From Klebsormidium nitens (taxonomy: Eukaryota > Plantae > Klebsormidiophyceae), in contig DF237439.1 of assembly GCA_000708835.1 (NCBI GenBank), positions 1 to 64,000 of the forward strand: 64,000 nucleotides of DNA, written 5' to 3'. Numbering within the stretch: the first letter of the stretch is position 1; each line of letters starts with the position of its first letter. Shown here piece after piece: positions 44,301 through 57,777 of this stretch. Position numbers and translations under genes: made by a program. Below the pieces are notes generated by a model, which saw nothing but the letters and a program-made list of their open reading frames with translations, searched no databases and was not told the DNA's origin.

Positions 44301-47300
44301 AGACACCTCATATACTTGCAGGACTGTAGCGCCCCGTCAGAGGACGTCGTGGAAAACGAGTGGTCGTCCTCGCACCCCGGTTTTGTCGCGCCGGGGGATC
44401 CCCCCGGGTCTGCCGAGAACGTGGCGTACTTCCTCGAAAGCCTGCGCTCGCAGCTGTCGGCCCTCCAGGTGAGGAGACGGGGTTCTTGCTGACGTCAAAA
44501 GGACGTCAGCGGTTGCTTCTTGCAGCGTTCGTTATGGTGCTTGTTCAGAGCCCGTGCTATCTGCCATCTGAGTGAAGGGGACTCTTGAGGTTGGGGCACC
44601 TCGAGATGACGTCGGCAGACGAGGCCCTGATGTGGCCGCATGAGTGCGTCATACTTCGTCGGATCGTAATCGTTTGCTATGTTGTTACTGGAATCCTTTG
44701 AGGCGGTTGTTTGCTTAATTAGATGTGTAGATGCCAGCCCTTGAAGGTGAAGCTGGCGAGGTAAAAATGTGGGAAAAAGTGTTTTGCGGATCTTCATTGG
44801 TTGCTAGTGTCACTACTGGGAGTCTTTGAGGCGGTTGCTTGCTTCATTAACTGTAAATGTAAATGGAAATGACCCCTGAAAAATGTTGGCGAGATCATTA
44901 ATCATGCTTTTCTCTGAGAGGAGTCACTAATCGTGGCGGCCGTTGAACTGAACAGTCCTGGACACTGGCCCCAGGTCAGTGACCTTAGCTTCCAAGTTCG
45001 ATGCTGCTCAGTCCAATTATTTCTCAGAGGCGAATACGGTGGCTGGCCACCTCAATCCCGACAGACTTCCAGAAACTTTCACAAGCTCCTAACCCATCTC
45101 AACTGAAATGAATTGCGATCAACCAGCTCAAGCCTGACAGTCTGACACCCTTGACAACAGTGTTTGCTTTTTCCTGCCACAGAACTCTTGGGGTGCCGCT
45201 ACTGGCTGGCTGATCTACTTCAAATGAAACCACCACTCTAGCCGTAATACCGTGACACTTCTCAGCGACAGGAATAGCTTCGTCTTGTGGCGCGCAACGC
45301 AGTGACTGGCTGTCTTATTTCAATTGACGTCTTTTGTACGTCGATTACTCTGAGATTGAAGCCTGACACCATTCATGACAAGATTTGCTTCTTTTTGTGA
45401 CAGAACTCCTGGCGAGCAGCACAGTGGCTGGCCGACCTCAAATCGGAGGACCTGGAGAAACTCGCTGCGCCTACCGGTGTCATGGTTCCTTACTACCGCC
45501 GTGACGCCAACGACCGGTACATGGCAGTCTACCGTGCTCTGGGGCTGGAGCAATGTCTCCGGAGGGATCCCTTTCCGGCGGAATGGGCTTGGGCGGAAGT
45601 CGAGGGGGAGAGCCCGAAACGGAAGCGGTGGGAAGATGTGCAGCGGAAGAAGGCGGAGGCGGAGAGGGCACGGTCCCATTTGTGGCGGTATCCTAGGTAA
45701 GGGCTTGCTTCTTTTCTAGATACTTGGCCGTGTTCTCACCTGCGGGGTTCTCTGCTTCCGGGCCCGATCAGGACCCAGTTCCTTTGATGTGTGAATATCC
45801 TCAGGGACGCTTTAGCTTGAGTGGTTGTTACAGGTGCATCCTTTGGTGGTCATCTGGAAACGAGGGCCTTTCCCATATTTAGTCAGTTTAACTTCCGCTT
45901 GCCTGGCTTTCCAGCTGCATTTCATACGATGCAAACGTGGAAGACCCAACCCGCCTGGCAGAGGACTTATCCAATTTCACTATGCTGGTTACGCTCATGA
46001 ACAGGCCGCCAAGAGGTTGTAGCCTACATGCCCCTGAGCTTTGGATTGATTCTATATTTAGCGGTTGAAACGAACAGAGCAATAAGAGTCCCTGCAGGCA
46101 TATCCGGTCTGGCTGGACCTTTGACACCGCTGCGCTGAAAGCGGCGCTCGCCACCCCTGTCGAAGACGCCAGGCGCATCTACTTGTCCAAGGCCACTCTT
46201 GTGGTCGTCCCCAGCAACCTAATCCAGCATTGGCTGTCGCAAGTGAGTATTGCGCGACCATTTTTCGGATTGTGTTGTTTGTTCCTGCTCGTCTGGGGAG
46301 CACGGGTTGACCACAAGAATATCAAGTTGTGCTGTGTTTAGTTTTTATGTTGAAAGCCTTTTTTTCAGGACTTCGGGAAGGGCCGGCTGCGGGTGTACCT
46401 CCTTGAGAGACGACGAAAGGATTCTTGTTGGAATGGTCCAAGCACTTTGCTTTGGGACTGACTTTTTCTTTTTAGTGATCTTGAAACTCTGGGCCAGAAA
46501 ATCATTGGGGTATACCGGCCAACGCAGCACACGTGTTGCCCGTTTCTCCCGTCAGGCATTCGAAGCAATCTCAGATGCTCAGAGTTGGTGCTCTCATAGA
46601 ATTTTTGATCAACAATATAATCTGGTGTACGATGTGCCATTTACCATATGACGGCAGCTTAAGGTTTCCAGGCCCTAATATCACTTGACGTCTTGAAAAC
46701 ATGCGCCATCGTGAAAAGCTGATACGTCACTCCCTCTCGTTTTTACAATCGAACGACATATTACTCTTAAGTGCTAGGCGTTTTTGCAGCGCTGAAACTC
46801 TTCCTCTCACTTCTTTGTCAGATCCGGAAGCACCTCCCTCCCGGCCAGCTCAAGGTCCACGTGTGGGACGGAAACGAGGCCACGTCACCCTCCGCCCACA
46901 AGCTGGCCTGGGAGTATGACGTCGTGCTGACGACATTCAGCCGGCTGAGCGTCGAGTGGGCCAACAAGGTTGACAGCACGCTCATGCACGTGCACTGGCT
47001 GAGACTCATTCTGGACGAAGGGCACACGCTCGGTGAGGGCGCTTATCCCTTCCAATGCATTTTGTTTCGCTCCTTTCTTTTATTTGTATCGGGAAGGTCC
47101 ATCGCTCTAGCGTCCACGTCTTTGATCACTTTCATGCGCATCTTATGTGTAGTGGCACTTGCTGATGCTCATCCTGGACTTTAAAAACACATGCTCGGTG
47201 GGGGTTGTCAATTTTGTTTGTGATTTTGCCTCGTTCGTTCTCCTGTGCTGATTCCAACAGGCTTTCTCTGTTCGCCTCCGTCGTTCAAGCCATTGTATAG

Positions 47301-50300
47301 TTCAGGTTCTGTTCGATGCATGTGTCTGTGTGTTGACTTATCTTGTATAAGTAGACGCTTGGCGAATTCGTCGCCGTTCCGAGGTCTGAAAGAACAATTT
47401 CCATTCTGCGAGGTTGGTCAGGTGTCTCCTGGATGATCTTCTATCCTGATCTGGTGTGCGTTCCTTTCTGCGCGCCCGTTTTTTCCTTGCTATTCTCGCA
47501 TGCAGCCAATGTTTCCATTTCAAAGGAGTTCTGAATTTCTTCCCTCTGGTTCGCAATCTGTCGCTCTTTCTCGTCATCAAGACCAAGTGCGCTGAAGAAT
47601 AAAGCAGAGAACGAGCGAAAAGGTGCGGACTCACGATCCACGAAAGCTGACTTTCTCGTGGCCTTCCGCCGGTGCAGGTTCCTCGTTCCAGGTGACAAAC
47701 AAGCTGCAAATGACCATTGCGCTGCGGGCGGACATGCGCTGGGTGCTGACCGGAACACCGACGCCCAACACACCCAACAGCCAGGTGCGCTGTTTGCGAG
47801 AATAGCATGCACAACTACTCTGATGTCATAGTCGTTCATTGAACACACGGCTGAGCAGTCTGTGACCCCTCTTGAGCCTCCGCTGAACAACGCGCAACGC
47901 GATGTTGCGAGGTCTCTGCTCATTGGAGTCATAGCTTCCACTTCCTCAAGGTTGTGGCTTATTGACGCCATGTGGTTAACACATGAGCAATCCCGAGGGG
48001 AACCAATCCGAGGCTTGCAGGAATTACTCCATTTACCAAGATCGAGTGGTGTGAAACCTCTTCTTTGAACGTTTTGGCGAAGCCTTCAATGCGCATTCCT
48101 TCTTGGCTGCGCATCTAATGGCTTGCATCCCTGGGACACTCTCAGCCTGCTCCGAAACCATTGTGCCCCAGCTGGAAGATGCTGTACCTTCTTCCCGTGA
48201 ACTCTTTTTATAGAAGTAAAACCTTCTCCTGGTTGTCAGCCCGCTCTAAAAGTCCTTGCATGCAGTGGCGATCAGCAGTTGTTTAATGAAGTACTTCATC
48301 CTCTCTGCGGTCAAATCGACCCCAATGTTGCCACATGACCGCGGACTAGAATCCGCTTCTGGAGTCGCTTTCAAAGAGGTGCCGTGTTCCAAAGCACCAA
48401 GTGAAACTGTTAGCTGCCGACGAAGCACAAACAACAGCAATTTCGTCTTGTTTCCAAAAGTAGAAAGTCTCGAAGTCAAAGCTAGCCATTTAGCTCTTTA
48501 TAGCTACTTGCCACCTCGCTTTAGTGTGAACGCTCTCCGCTTCGCGATTCTGAATGTTCTCCAGAACCTGAAGCCGTCGGATGCCTTCGGAGCCTCGATC
48601 GTACCGTCCAAGGTCCAGACTCGTGCTCCGAGCATTTCCATTACACAGCGCTGGAAACTCCTTCGCATATTGCCCACTCACACCGTTGCTCAGGATCTTT
48701 GCACGTAGCATTACGGCGTGCAGCGAAAGCAAGATCAGGAACCATGCTCCGAGCACTCCCAAGGAAAACTGAAACCCAAAGGCTTTGGGAAACTTTTTGC
48801 AGGTCGCCCGTTTACACCCCTTGCTCACAAAGAGGGTTGCTACGGCGATCAGCAGAAGGTGTGGGAAGCCACGACTCAGAAGCAAGAAATCAGGCCTGCT
48901 AACCAGACCAGACATGGTTCGCCTAATCCGATCTGACGAAGTTTCCGGGTCGCGCATTTACACCCGTTGCTCAAGTTTCTGCACGAGGGGTGCTACAACG
49001 AGCTGCAGAAGGTGTGAGAAGCCACGACTCAGAAGTAAGAAGTTAGGCCTGCTAACCAGACCAGACATGGTTCGCCTAACCCGATCCTACGAATATTTTC
49101 AGGTCGCGCATTTACATCCGTTACTCAAGTTTCTGCACGAGGGGTGCTACGGCGAGCAGCAGAAGGTGTGGGAGGCAGCGATCCAGAAGCCGTTTGAGGC
49201 GCAGCGCGAGGAGGGGCGACTGCGGCTGGAGGAGCTGCTGCGGCGCACCATGATTAGCGCGACCAAGGAGGACATGAGGACCATCCCGGAGTGCCACAGA
49301 AAGGTAAGAATTCTCCTTCTTTTGGAAAATGGGTGCCGGTTCCTAAGTTTGATTGACTCAGACTATTCCATCTAATATCGAGACGAGACTGTAAAATGGT
49401 CACGCGAGAGTTGGGCAGAAAGAAAGTCAGAAAGCAAGCACTGCGTCAGCGTGACTGGAAAGACATGCGGACCATCGCGGAGTGACACCGAAAGGTACGA
49501 TTGCTGAACCGGCTGAAACATTTTTCAGGGTTTATAGCTTGATGAGGGTCTGGAAATTTTAGAAGCTAAACAGCTTGAAGCATATGACATGGAGATGCAG
49601 AGCGAGCAAGGAGGACATGAGGACCATCCCCGAGTGCCACAAAAGGTGAACAGACCCGTGATACCAGAAGAATATCTGTATCCAATAAGGCAAAACTCTT
49701 TGAATCTTGATAATTTTAATATGAGGGTCGGAGAAAGAGATGCGAGGAATTGATCACCATGACTAGCGCAACGAAGGAGGACACAAGGACCATCGCAGAG
49801 TGCTACAGAAAGGTACAACACTTCAGGATTTGCCAGGTAAAGACCATCGAGAAAAGTTCTGCTTTTCATATAAGGCATTTGATGAGATACGAAGTCGCGT
49901 TCCTGATATGGGGCTCATCCTGGTCGATCGGTACGGGGCTTCGTTTGGGTCCATGAGCTGTCAATTCGTTGAGCAAGCTTCATCCTTTGGTGATATTTTT
50001 TCTTGGACGCTCGATCTATCTCTTTGAACGAAAGTTCCGACGCCCAGTCTGCCCACGAAAAGACACTTTCCAACCGCCTCGCCAGAGAACAAAATAAAAA
50101 ACGCGCAGACAACATCTTTAGAAAGCCTTAAAATATTGAAATTTGTCTTAACCTATTTTCCGTACCCGCAGTTGGTGATGTTGGAGTTCACTTCCGGCCA
50201 CGCCAAGTCGTACAACGAGCTCGTCGGCACCGTGAAGCGCAACCTGCTGCTGGCCGACTGGAACGATCCGAACCACGTGGAGAGCCTGCTCAACCCGAAG

Positions 50301-53300
50301 CAGTGGAAGCTCGCGCGCAACACTGTAGACAACGTGCGCAAGAGTTGCTGCGTTGCTGGGAACATGATGGTGAGGGTTTACAGGATTTGAGTTCGTATGT
50401 TTTCAGATTTCTTGCAAGCTTTGAGGGATTTAACCACGTGGAGAGCCTGCTCAACTCAATAGCAGTGGGCTGGCGCGCAATACTCTGAACCACGATCACA
50501 AGATTTGCTGGGTTGCTGGAGATGATGATGAGGGCTTCGGCGACCTTTATTCTGCTCTCAGAAAGTCTGCGCACTTTAAAAGCGGTGCCATGTAGAGAGC
50601 CTGTTGAAGCCGAAGCAGTCACGGTGGAAGCTCGAACGCCACACTGTGGATAACGCTCGATTGGATTGCTGCGTTGTTGACCCAGTATTATCGTGGGGGT
50701 GTTCGATTGTAAACAAGCATAACTTCGAGGGTCGCGGGTTGGAGCTTAGGTTTCTTGTTGACCGGGTAGCGCGCCTGACCGAGACTGAAAGCCCTGCATA
50801 ACAGGCACACAAGTAGGATCATGATGGCAAGGGATTGGATTCTGTTCTTCTCGGAGGATCTGAGGACCCAAGCGCTGGCCGAAGACAGTGTTTGCGTATT
50901 TCCCTGTTAGTGAAGGATCAGATAAGTGGCGCATGTGCTCCCCCCATCTCAAGGATCCGCTTGCAAGTGTGCGGCAGAGGTCCTTTTTGCTAGATGTGAG
51001 TCTTCGTCACTCCAAAGCTCGGCCCCCTTTGCAGGTGGAAGATACCCCAGGTGAAATCGAGGAGACCATGGAGTCCCTCACGGTTCCCCCCGCGAGAGCT
51101 GACCACATCCGATCCGCCCTCAAGAGCGGGGGCCATTGTGACCGGTGCAGGTAAACGCGAGCACTTTACATCACCAGGATTGACCGCGAGGAATCATGTG
51201 TACGTTGAACGGCTCTGCTTTATGAATTGATGTAAGAGTGATCAAAGTCTTCTGGAAAGGGCAAACAAGATGGTCTTAGTGAGACCTATCAATCCTACTT
51301 TGTCTGCTGACTAAGGAGTCTAAAAACTGGGCGACAACCAGGTCCCTATCTACTGAATTATCTGATCCTGAAGTAAACGGCGCAAGATCAGGACCAGCAG
51401 CGAAAAGATTAAGTCTTTGACCTGAATAACAGAATCGAAGACGGATTGATCCAGCTCGCACCTGATCACGGACGCGGTTGAGAGGAGCCGAAGCCATGTG
51501 ATTCGGGAAGCATTAATCAAAGTCCTCAACCCTGTTTCTTCTTGTCAATCTGCCTGCCGTTGGTCATATTTCGTGCGCACCTCCTCTGTACCGGTTCCGC
51601 TGACTGAAGCTCAAGGTCCTTAGTGGGCAGGGACTGCCATAGACCGTAAGACATGCAACAAAAGGACCGACAGTGCCCCAAGCTTTCTCGAAAACCTGAA
51701 CCTTAGACCCTTTCCCAACCAGTGTCTAGAGCTGCCTCCCTCTGGTCACACCCTGCGCGCACCTCCTGTGCGTCGCTTGCGTCAGCATAAGCGGGACTGC
51801 TACAAACCGTACAAGATGCAACACTCGGCAAAAATTCAAGCCCTGGAATCAATCTTTTAACTTTATCTTTCTATTCCTTCCTCCAAACAGTGCCTGGAGT
51901 CGTCTGCCATTCATCACGCCCTGCGCGCACCTGCTCTGCATTGCGTGCGTCAGCATAAGCGCAACGCACTGCACCGTCGGGGAGTGCTACAAACCGTACA
52001 AGATGCAGCTGAAAGGCTGGCGGCCGGAGAACCCCAGCCCGCGGGGCCCTGTTCCGCAAGACCTCATCGAGCTGCAGCCGTCCTACACGCAGGTAAGGGT
52101 CGTGGGACCCGGCAGAACAGGGCCGCTTCACACGTTTCCCTCGCCCCACCTTTGAAGCGCAGTGTTGAAGGATGCTGGGTGAGGTTTCGTGCTAAAGAGC
52201 GGAGGTTGAACATTGGGAATTTGGAAGGAAGAAGCATCTTGCGATGTAAGCGGGTTGGCTTCGCAGCACATCTTTGCGGTTTTCTGTTCGATCAAAGGGC
52301 CGTACATGTGCCGATACGAAGCGGTCCCACATGACCAGTGGGCTGTGTTGAGAACCCCAGTTCGAGACGCTGAGCACGGGCCGCCAGGCGTTGGTTGTTG
52401 AGAGGAAAGCATTCTAAAAAACGCCAATTGTTGACACCATGTATACATTTGGGTTGTCTGCACTTGGAATCCCGGTAGACAAATTCCCTCGAAACCGGAA
52501 TTGATCGATAGAGTATGAGGCTGTCTTATCTGTCCGTCACTTGTGACTACCAACTTGCGAAGCACCCAAAGCACCAAGGCAACGAGTCAAGAGCTTCTTG
52601 CTTGCTAGGCTTGGGCTCGCGATTAAGGACATTGCTCGCCCTTCCCTGAGCGACTGCGTGTTGCGACCAGTCTCAATGTAATCGCGCGTCCTAGCCGCCT
52701 ACAAAGTATGAGGAAAAGATTTCGACAACGAAATCCGGTTTAACCAGGCGGAGTGGAACCCGGACAGGCAAAACACCTAGAGCAGCAAGCTGACTCAACC
52801 CTGTGGGTTTTACTCGCTTATCTGGAACGAAACGAAGCACGGATTTTGAGGGTCGTAAGCCATTGCATCTTAAGAAATTTGAACACTGACGAAGTTTGGC
52901 GTTTTGCCCAGGCGGAATGGAACTTCGACTGGCCAGAACACCCAGAGCAGCAAGCGGACTCGACCCATCCTTTTGCTTGGCTGATTCATGGGTCAACGAT
53001 GCACGGGTTTGCGTGATCCGAGCGGATCGCTCGTAAATTGTAATCGGAGTCCCAATGACCAATGTTTGCAGTTTTCTCAGGCGGAGTGGAACCCGGATTG
53101 GCAAACACCCAGAGCAGCAAGCTCATTAACCCTCTCCTTTTCACGTGGTGCATTGTTTCTAACGAAGCACGTCTTTGCGCGTCCTAGCCGCCTACAGAAG
53201 ATTGGAAAAGGGACTCCCAAAAGGAACAACTTTTTGTTACCAGGCGAAGTGGAACCCCGACTGCCAGCACCCAGAGGAGCAAGCTGACTCAACCCTGTCG

Positions 53301-56300
53301 GTTTGCTCGGCTTCTTTGGATTCAAGCAAAGCACGGGTTCGCTCAATTCAAGCTATTGCATGTCGAGATTGTGATTGTTGACAACCTTCTACGTTTTTCC
53401 AGGCGGAGTGGAATCCTGACTGGCAGAATACCCAGAGCAGCAAGCTGTCGTACCTCAAGCGCTGCATCCAAGAGATGCTCGCCTCCAACGCCGCGCTGCT
53501 CGCAAAGGCCGCCACAGAGGAAATTGATCCAGTGCTCCCCCAGGGTGACGTCAGCGGAGGCGAAGGTGACGCGAGCGCCAGCTGGCAGCAGTTGAAGCCA
53601 ACGAAAGCGCCAACGGTGTGGTAAGTGCTAAGCCCAACTTGCGCTTCCGAGGACACAATTCGATCCACATTTTCGGTTGCTGGACAGTCCAGTATTGACG
53701 AGGTCGATCGGCTGAGTAGGCTAGTGGTTAAGGAGTTGATTGATTGAGGAGTCGCTTGTTTCCCGCTGCCCAGTTGCGTCTAATGTTTTGTGCCACGACA
53801 TTGTATTTGACGAAAGGAGGCCGCTAAACGACTCCGGCGCTTGGGGAGGGCGGTTCAGTAGGATCGCCCTTTCCATGCGCCAGGGGAATCGGAAACGTGT
53901 TGGACGCAACCGAAGAAGCAGCTTCAGAAGCATCGAGTCGTCGTCTTCAATTTCCCGGAAGTCGTTGAATGAAGCAATGTCTTCGGCCACTGGCTCCCGA
54001 TTTGGATGCGACCAGAGACAGAGGGAATCGCTAGGCTTCCGTCTCTTGGGGATCAGAAGTCTCCAGTTGCAGGAGTTGTAGCAAGACGAAGAAAGGCGGT
54101 GTCTGATGCGAGGAGAGTATCGCCGCTCGAAGTCAAGCATAAGGAGCTCGCCACTCTAAGGCAAGCGCAAGACTGACAACCCCTGTTACAAATCTGACTG
54201 ACATCTTGCCCGATGCAGGCCCACCGGTTCCGATGCCGGTGCTTCTGGGGGATCCCCCGAGCGGCGGCCGGAGAAGGCGATTGTGTTTTCGGAGTTCCTG
54301 GAGTATCTGACGCTGGTGGAAGCACAGCTGGCCGCTGCGGGCATTGAGAGCGCAGCAATGTACAGCCCCAAAACGCAAGGCATGAAGGTAAGGCCGCAAA
54401 ACAGGGAATTGAACGTAAGCAAACGGCAGGTTCTTGGCTTTGGATGTTGTGAGGTATGTACCTTCTGAGTTGGAAAGTCAGAATAAATAGCTGGCAGCAG
54501 TGGGCAGCGATACATAGCCCCAGAATGGCATGAAGGTAAGGTCGAGAAACTGGACTTGTGTAAGCATTCCGGAGAGGTAAAGAGGTCTTACTCTCGATAA
54601 ATGGAGAATACTTGAGGCTAAGCGACAGTTCTATCTCGGGGTTCAATCCACTCCTGAACCAACTATGCAATCCGTTGTGTTTGTTCCCCCGGCCTTCAGC
54701 CCTCGGGTCTGTGTCCCTTCTCTTTCTTCTGATTCGTCCGGAAAGATTGGCGGACTGCGTAGGAGCTGGAGTGGTCCTGTGGCATACCCTCTGGTCGAGT
54801 TCAGCTGTGTCTCATACGAAACATTGCGTTCCACAAGGGCTGCTGCAGCATTCAAAACATCCGTTTCCGCCAGCCATATTCCCGCTTCCCAATCTGTCTT
54901 TACCGAAAACGTCTCGAGCGTCGTTAAGGGTCAAGTTTTGACATTCTCCTCTTCATGGTGCTAATAGACCTCGGTGCATCACGAGCAAAGATTTCTGAAT
55001 TAAATCCACCTTTTCCAGGATTTACCGATTCGCGGCTGCATTTTTGTGCCGTGCTAAGAAGTGCTCGGTTTGTGACCCCAGCGTCGTATAAGTGGTGCTT
55101 TGATTTGCGCGAAGAAAACACTGCATCAGTTCCCATTCAGGGAGAGAAGAAATTGCGGTTGCGTGCACGGACGAATCGTATCGGAACCCCGTTTGCAAGG
55201 CAACACCCACGAACCCGACGTCTGGACTTGGTCGCCCGACATTTCTCTGAAAGGCTGTCACCACCTATCATTACTCCCTACCATTGAAACTACATCACAC
55301 GGAAAGCTCTTTTAAAGCGCTCCTGATTACCGTGTTTGCAGATGCACGCCCTGAGGCGCTTCATCGAGTCGCCCACGTGTTGCGTTCTGGTGATGGACTC
55401 GACCGCGGCGGTGGGTTTGGATCTGAGCTTCGTCAGCCGGGTCTACCTCATGGAGCCCATCTGGGACAAGAGCCTCGAGGAGCAGGTAACGCTCACACCG
55501 CGACACCAGCCCAGCGTTATGCGCCTTTTGATCAGGTAAACCAGCATCTGCGTTCTGGAACTCTTCGCTGGATTGACTGGCGATGTTCTGCCTGGGAGTC
55601 TGGCAAAGTGACTACAGTGCGTGTCTTCCAATTGCGGATTCGGGACACTCGTCTGAGCAAGCGGTATCATTCCAGCGGCAGAGTCCGTTTGCGCTACAAA
55701 GCGGTCTGGTTACTCTAAGTTCATTATCTGCAGTTCCCCCACTGCAAGACAGCGAGATGTTTATGTGATTGTCACGACACGCACGGCCCGGTATTGGCAA
55801 GAGACAACCTCGCAAATCCATCTGAATCTCGTCAGAAGACTCCAAGAATTCCGTTCCTGCTTAACTTTTATATAGTCGATGGGCCATCCTGGCAGGCGGC
55901 AGATCTGTTTCCCCGCACTCGTCCCATCGCTCCAACGTGTTCCAAAACGCATGCTCTCTTTCTAGATTGTGAGTCGTGCCTGGCGCATGGGCGCAACCCG
56001 CCCGGTTATGGTGGAGACTCTCGCGATGAGAGGCACCATCGAAGAGGAGATGGTCCAAGTGCTGCAGGTAGGCTGTCAAAGTCTCAGCTTTACGTTTAGG
56101 AATATTTCATACCCTGTTGTTCACTAACACGAGTCCCGCTATCGTCATGATTACGCCTTTACCCAGAGACGTCTCTCGAGCCGTTTGAATATGGTGGAGA
56201 CTGTCGCGATGAGAGCCACCCTCGAAAAGGAGATCACGAGCGAGTGCAGGCAGGCGCCTTTAAACCTTTCCTACTTGCCGAGGTCCTCTCCCAACTTGCT

Positions 56301-56922
56301 TTGAACGGGGTGTAGATATTCCCTTCGCCCTACGTATCCCAACGCTGGTTCCATTGTGTCCCTTCGCCCTACTCTGCTGGACCTGCTTTCAATCCTACTC
56401 TGAAAAGTATGTTGCTGGGACGCTAATCCGGAGGGGTGCATGCTGGCCCTTGCGCCGAAACAGATTTGAAAAAGTTGCAAGACCGCTAGCTTTTCTTGGT
56501 GAAACTTGGTACCCTGCGCTTCTTAGACGATGTCAAAGGAGGAGCCTAACCAGTTAAGAAAGTGCCTGGTAGCTCGGTCGGCGATGTTCCAAGTCTGCCC
56601 CTCTACTGAGCTGTCGCCCCACATATTTGAAAGGCGCTGACGGGTGCTGGTCTTGATAGGCTGTGTTTCTGCAGGTTCAAGCTTTTTCACCGTTTGAACT
56701 TGCTCGATGACTGGTCTACAGAGGTGCAGGTTGCTGGATGTTTCAGAAGGGTAGCTTCTTTAAGCGCAAAGCATTCTTTATTGAAGCTTCAGAATGCCCT
56801 TTGTTATGCAGAGTCAGGAGGAATACAGCGGGAAGAGCCACCGGGAGACCCAGGAGCTGAACGCGCGTATCTCGTGCCTCTCCCGGCTGAGCCCGGTCGG
56901 GTTGCCGGACAGTCGGAAATAG
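38312..56922 (+). CDS. F-box plus SNF2 helicase plus CW-type zinc finger protein (At3g54460-like), multi-exon
   Basis: MDNKLVGYLLLVL N-terminus; IDVYVPVDIW...LSHLRCDW; F-box DLPDEVLILIM; GGLICDEPGMGKT; CW finger WVECEACHKWRRLP...WFCSMN; ATLVVVPSNLIQHW; LILDEGH; WVLTGTP; WNPDWQNTQSSKLSYL; KAIVFSEF; GLDLSFVSRVYLMEPIWDKSLEEQV; SRAWRMGATRPVMVETL; last exon 56811-56922. Confidence 0.92.
38925..39165. repeat. Duplicated segment of about 70 bp plus poly-C tracts flanking an N run (intron 1 of the F-box/SNF2 gene)
   Basis: agactctgaagtcctgggagtgcttgtttgtttgatcacttgcgaatcacatatgc occurs twice around ambiguous bases. Confidence 0.7.
48790..49820 (+). repeat. Acceptor-side (2) and donor-side (3) degenerate echoes of exon 49103-49303
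   Basis: Head copies at 48803 and 48949; tail copies ending AAG|GT at 49494, 49645 and 49812. Confidence 0.9.
52720..53402 (+). repeat. Four degenerate acceptor-side echoes of exon 53403-53620
   Basis: CAG|GCG.A.TGGAAC...gagcaagct at 52748, 52912, 53081 and 53244; period 159-169 bp. Confidence 0.92.
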
Positions 56923-57777
56923 CGGCGTTAAACTTGCCCCACGGGACTCGCTGACTCGACCGAATCGAGTACAGGCAACAAGTCAGTAGGTATTACAGAC
57001 AAGGGCTCCTATGTGGATATCATGACAACTACGCTTGCTCAAAACAGTTCGATTGTGTGTAGTGTTGAATGTCGGCCGCGCAGCAGTGTCCTGAGGCAAG
57101 GAAGCGTCTTAGAATATCCAACCTGCTGAAGCTGATAAACCGTCATATTGAACTTGTCTCGGCGCTGTTGGCTGAAGCATACTAACATGCACTTCACACA
57201 GAATCAAAGTACTTGCATCATAAACCTCGGATGCATCTATTTTCCTCGCTTATGCATAAGCATTTCGTATATAACCGACTTAAGTTACTAAACATACTAA
57301 TGCTGATCAATCGGAATGCCTTCTCAGGCTGGTCCTGTAACGGTAAGATTCAATGATGTACACCGACCGCGGCCTTGCGCAGACTCAAAAGGTCCGATAT
57401 CATCAGATCTAATCATCAGATCTAATATATCTTTGTTGCGATTATTTGTGCTCGATCGGCCGGGCCAAGATTCGTGCACGGCCTAGCTAGCTGGTGAGGT
57501 CGGAAGGGCCTCTAAGCCTAGCTGTCGATAACCAACGGCCGGGCGGCGGCTATTCAAGGCCGGGCTGACCGTCCCGACGTACATGGATCGGCACTTCTCT
57601 AGCTTAGAGCCCATGCGCAGCATTGAAAGGCATGGCTTGCGTGCAGATGAGTCGGTTCCCAATAAAATCCGATGCAGCTAGCACATGCAAGCTTACGAAT
57701 GGCGGCTGTCACCCAAAACAAGCCTGTTAGACTGGACGTCTACTAGAAATTCCCGGCCATTGGAGAGTCATGCACTG

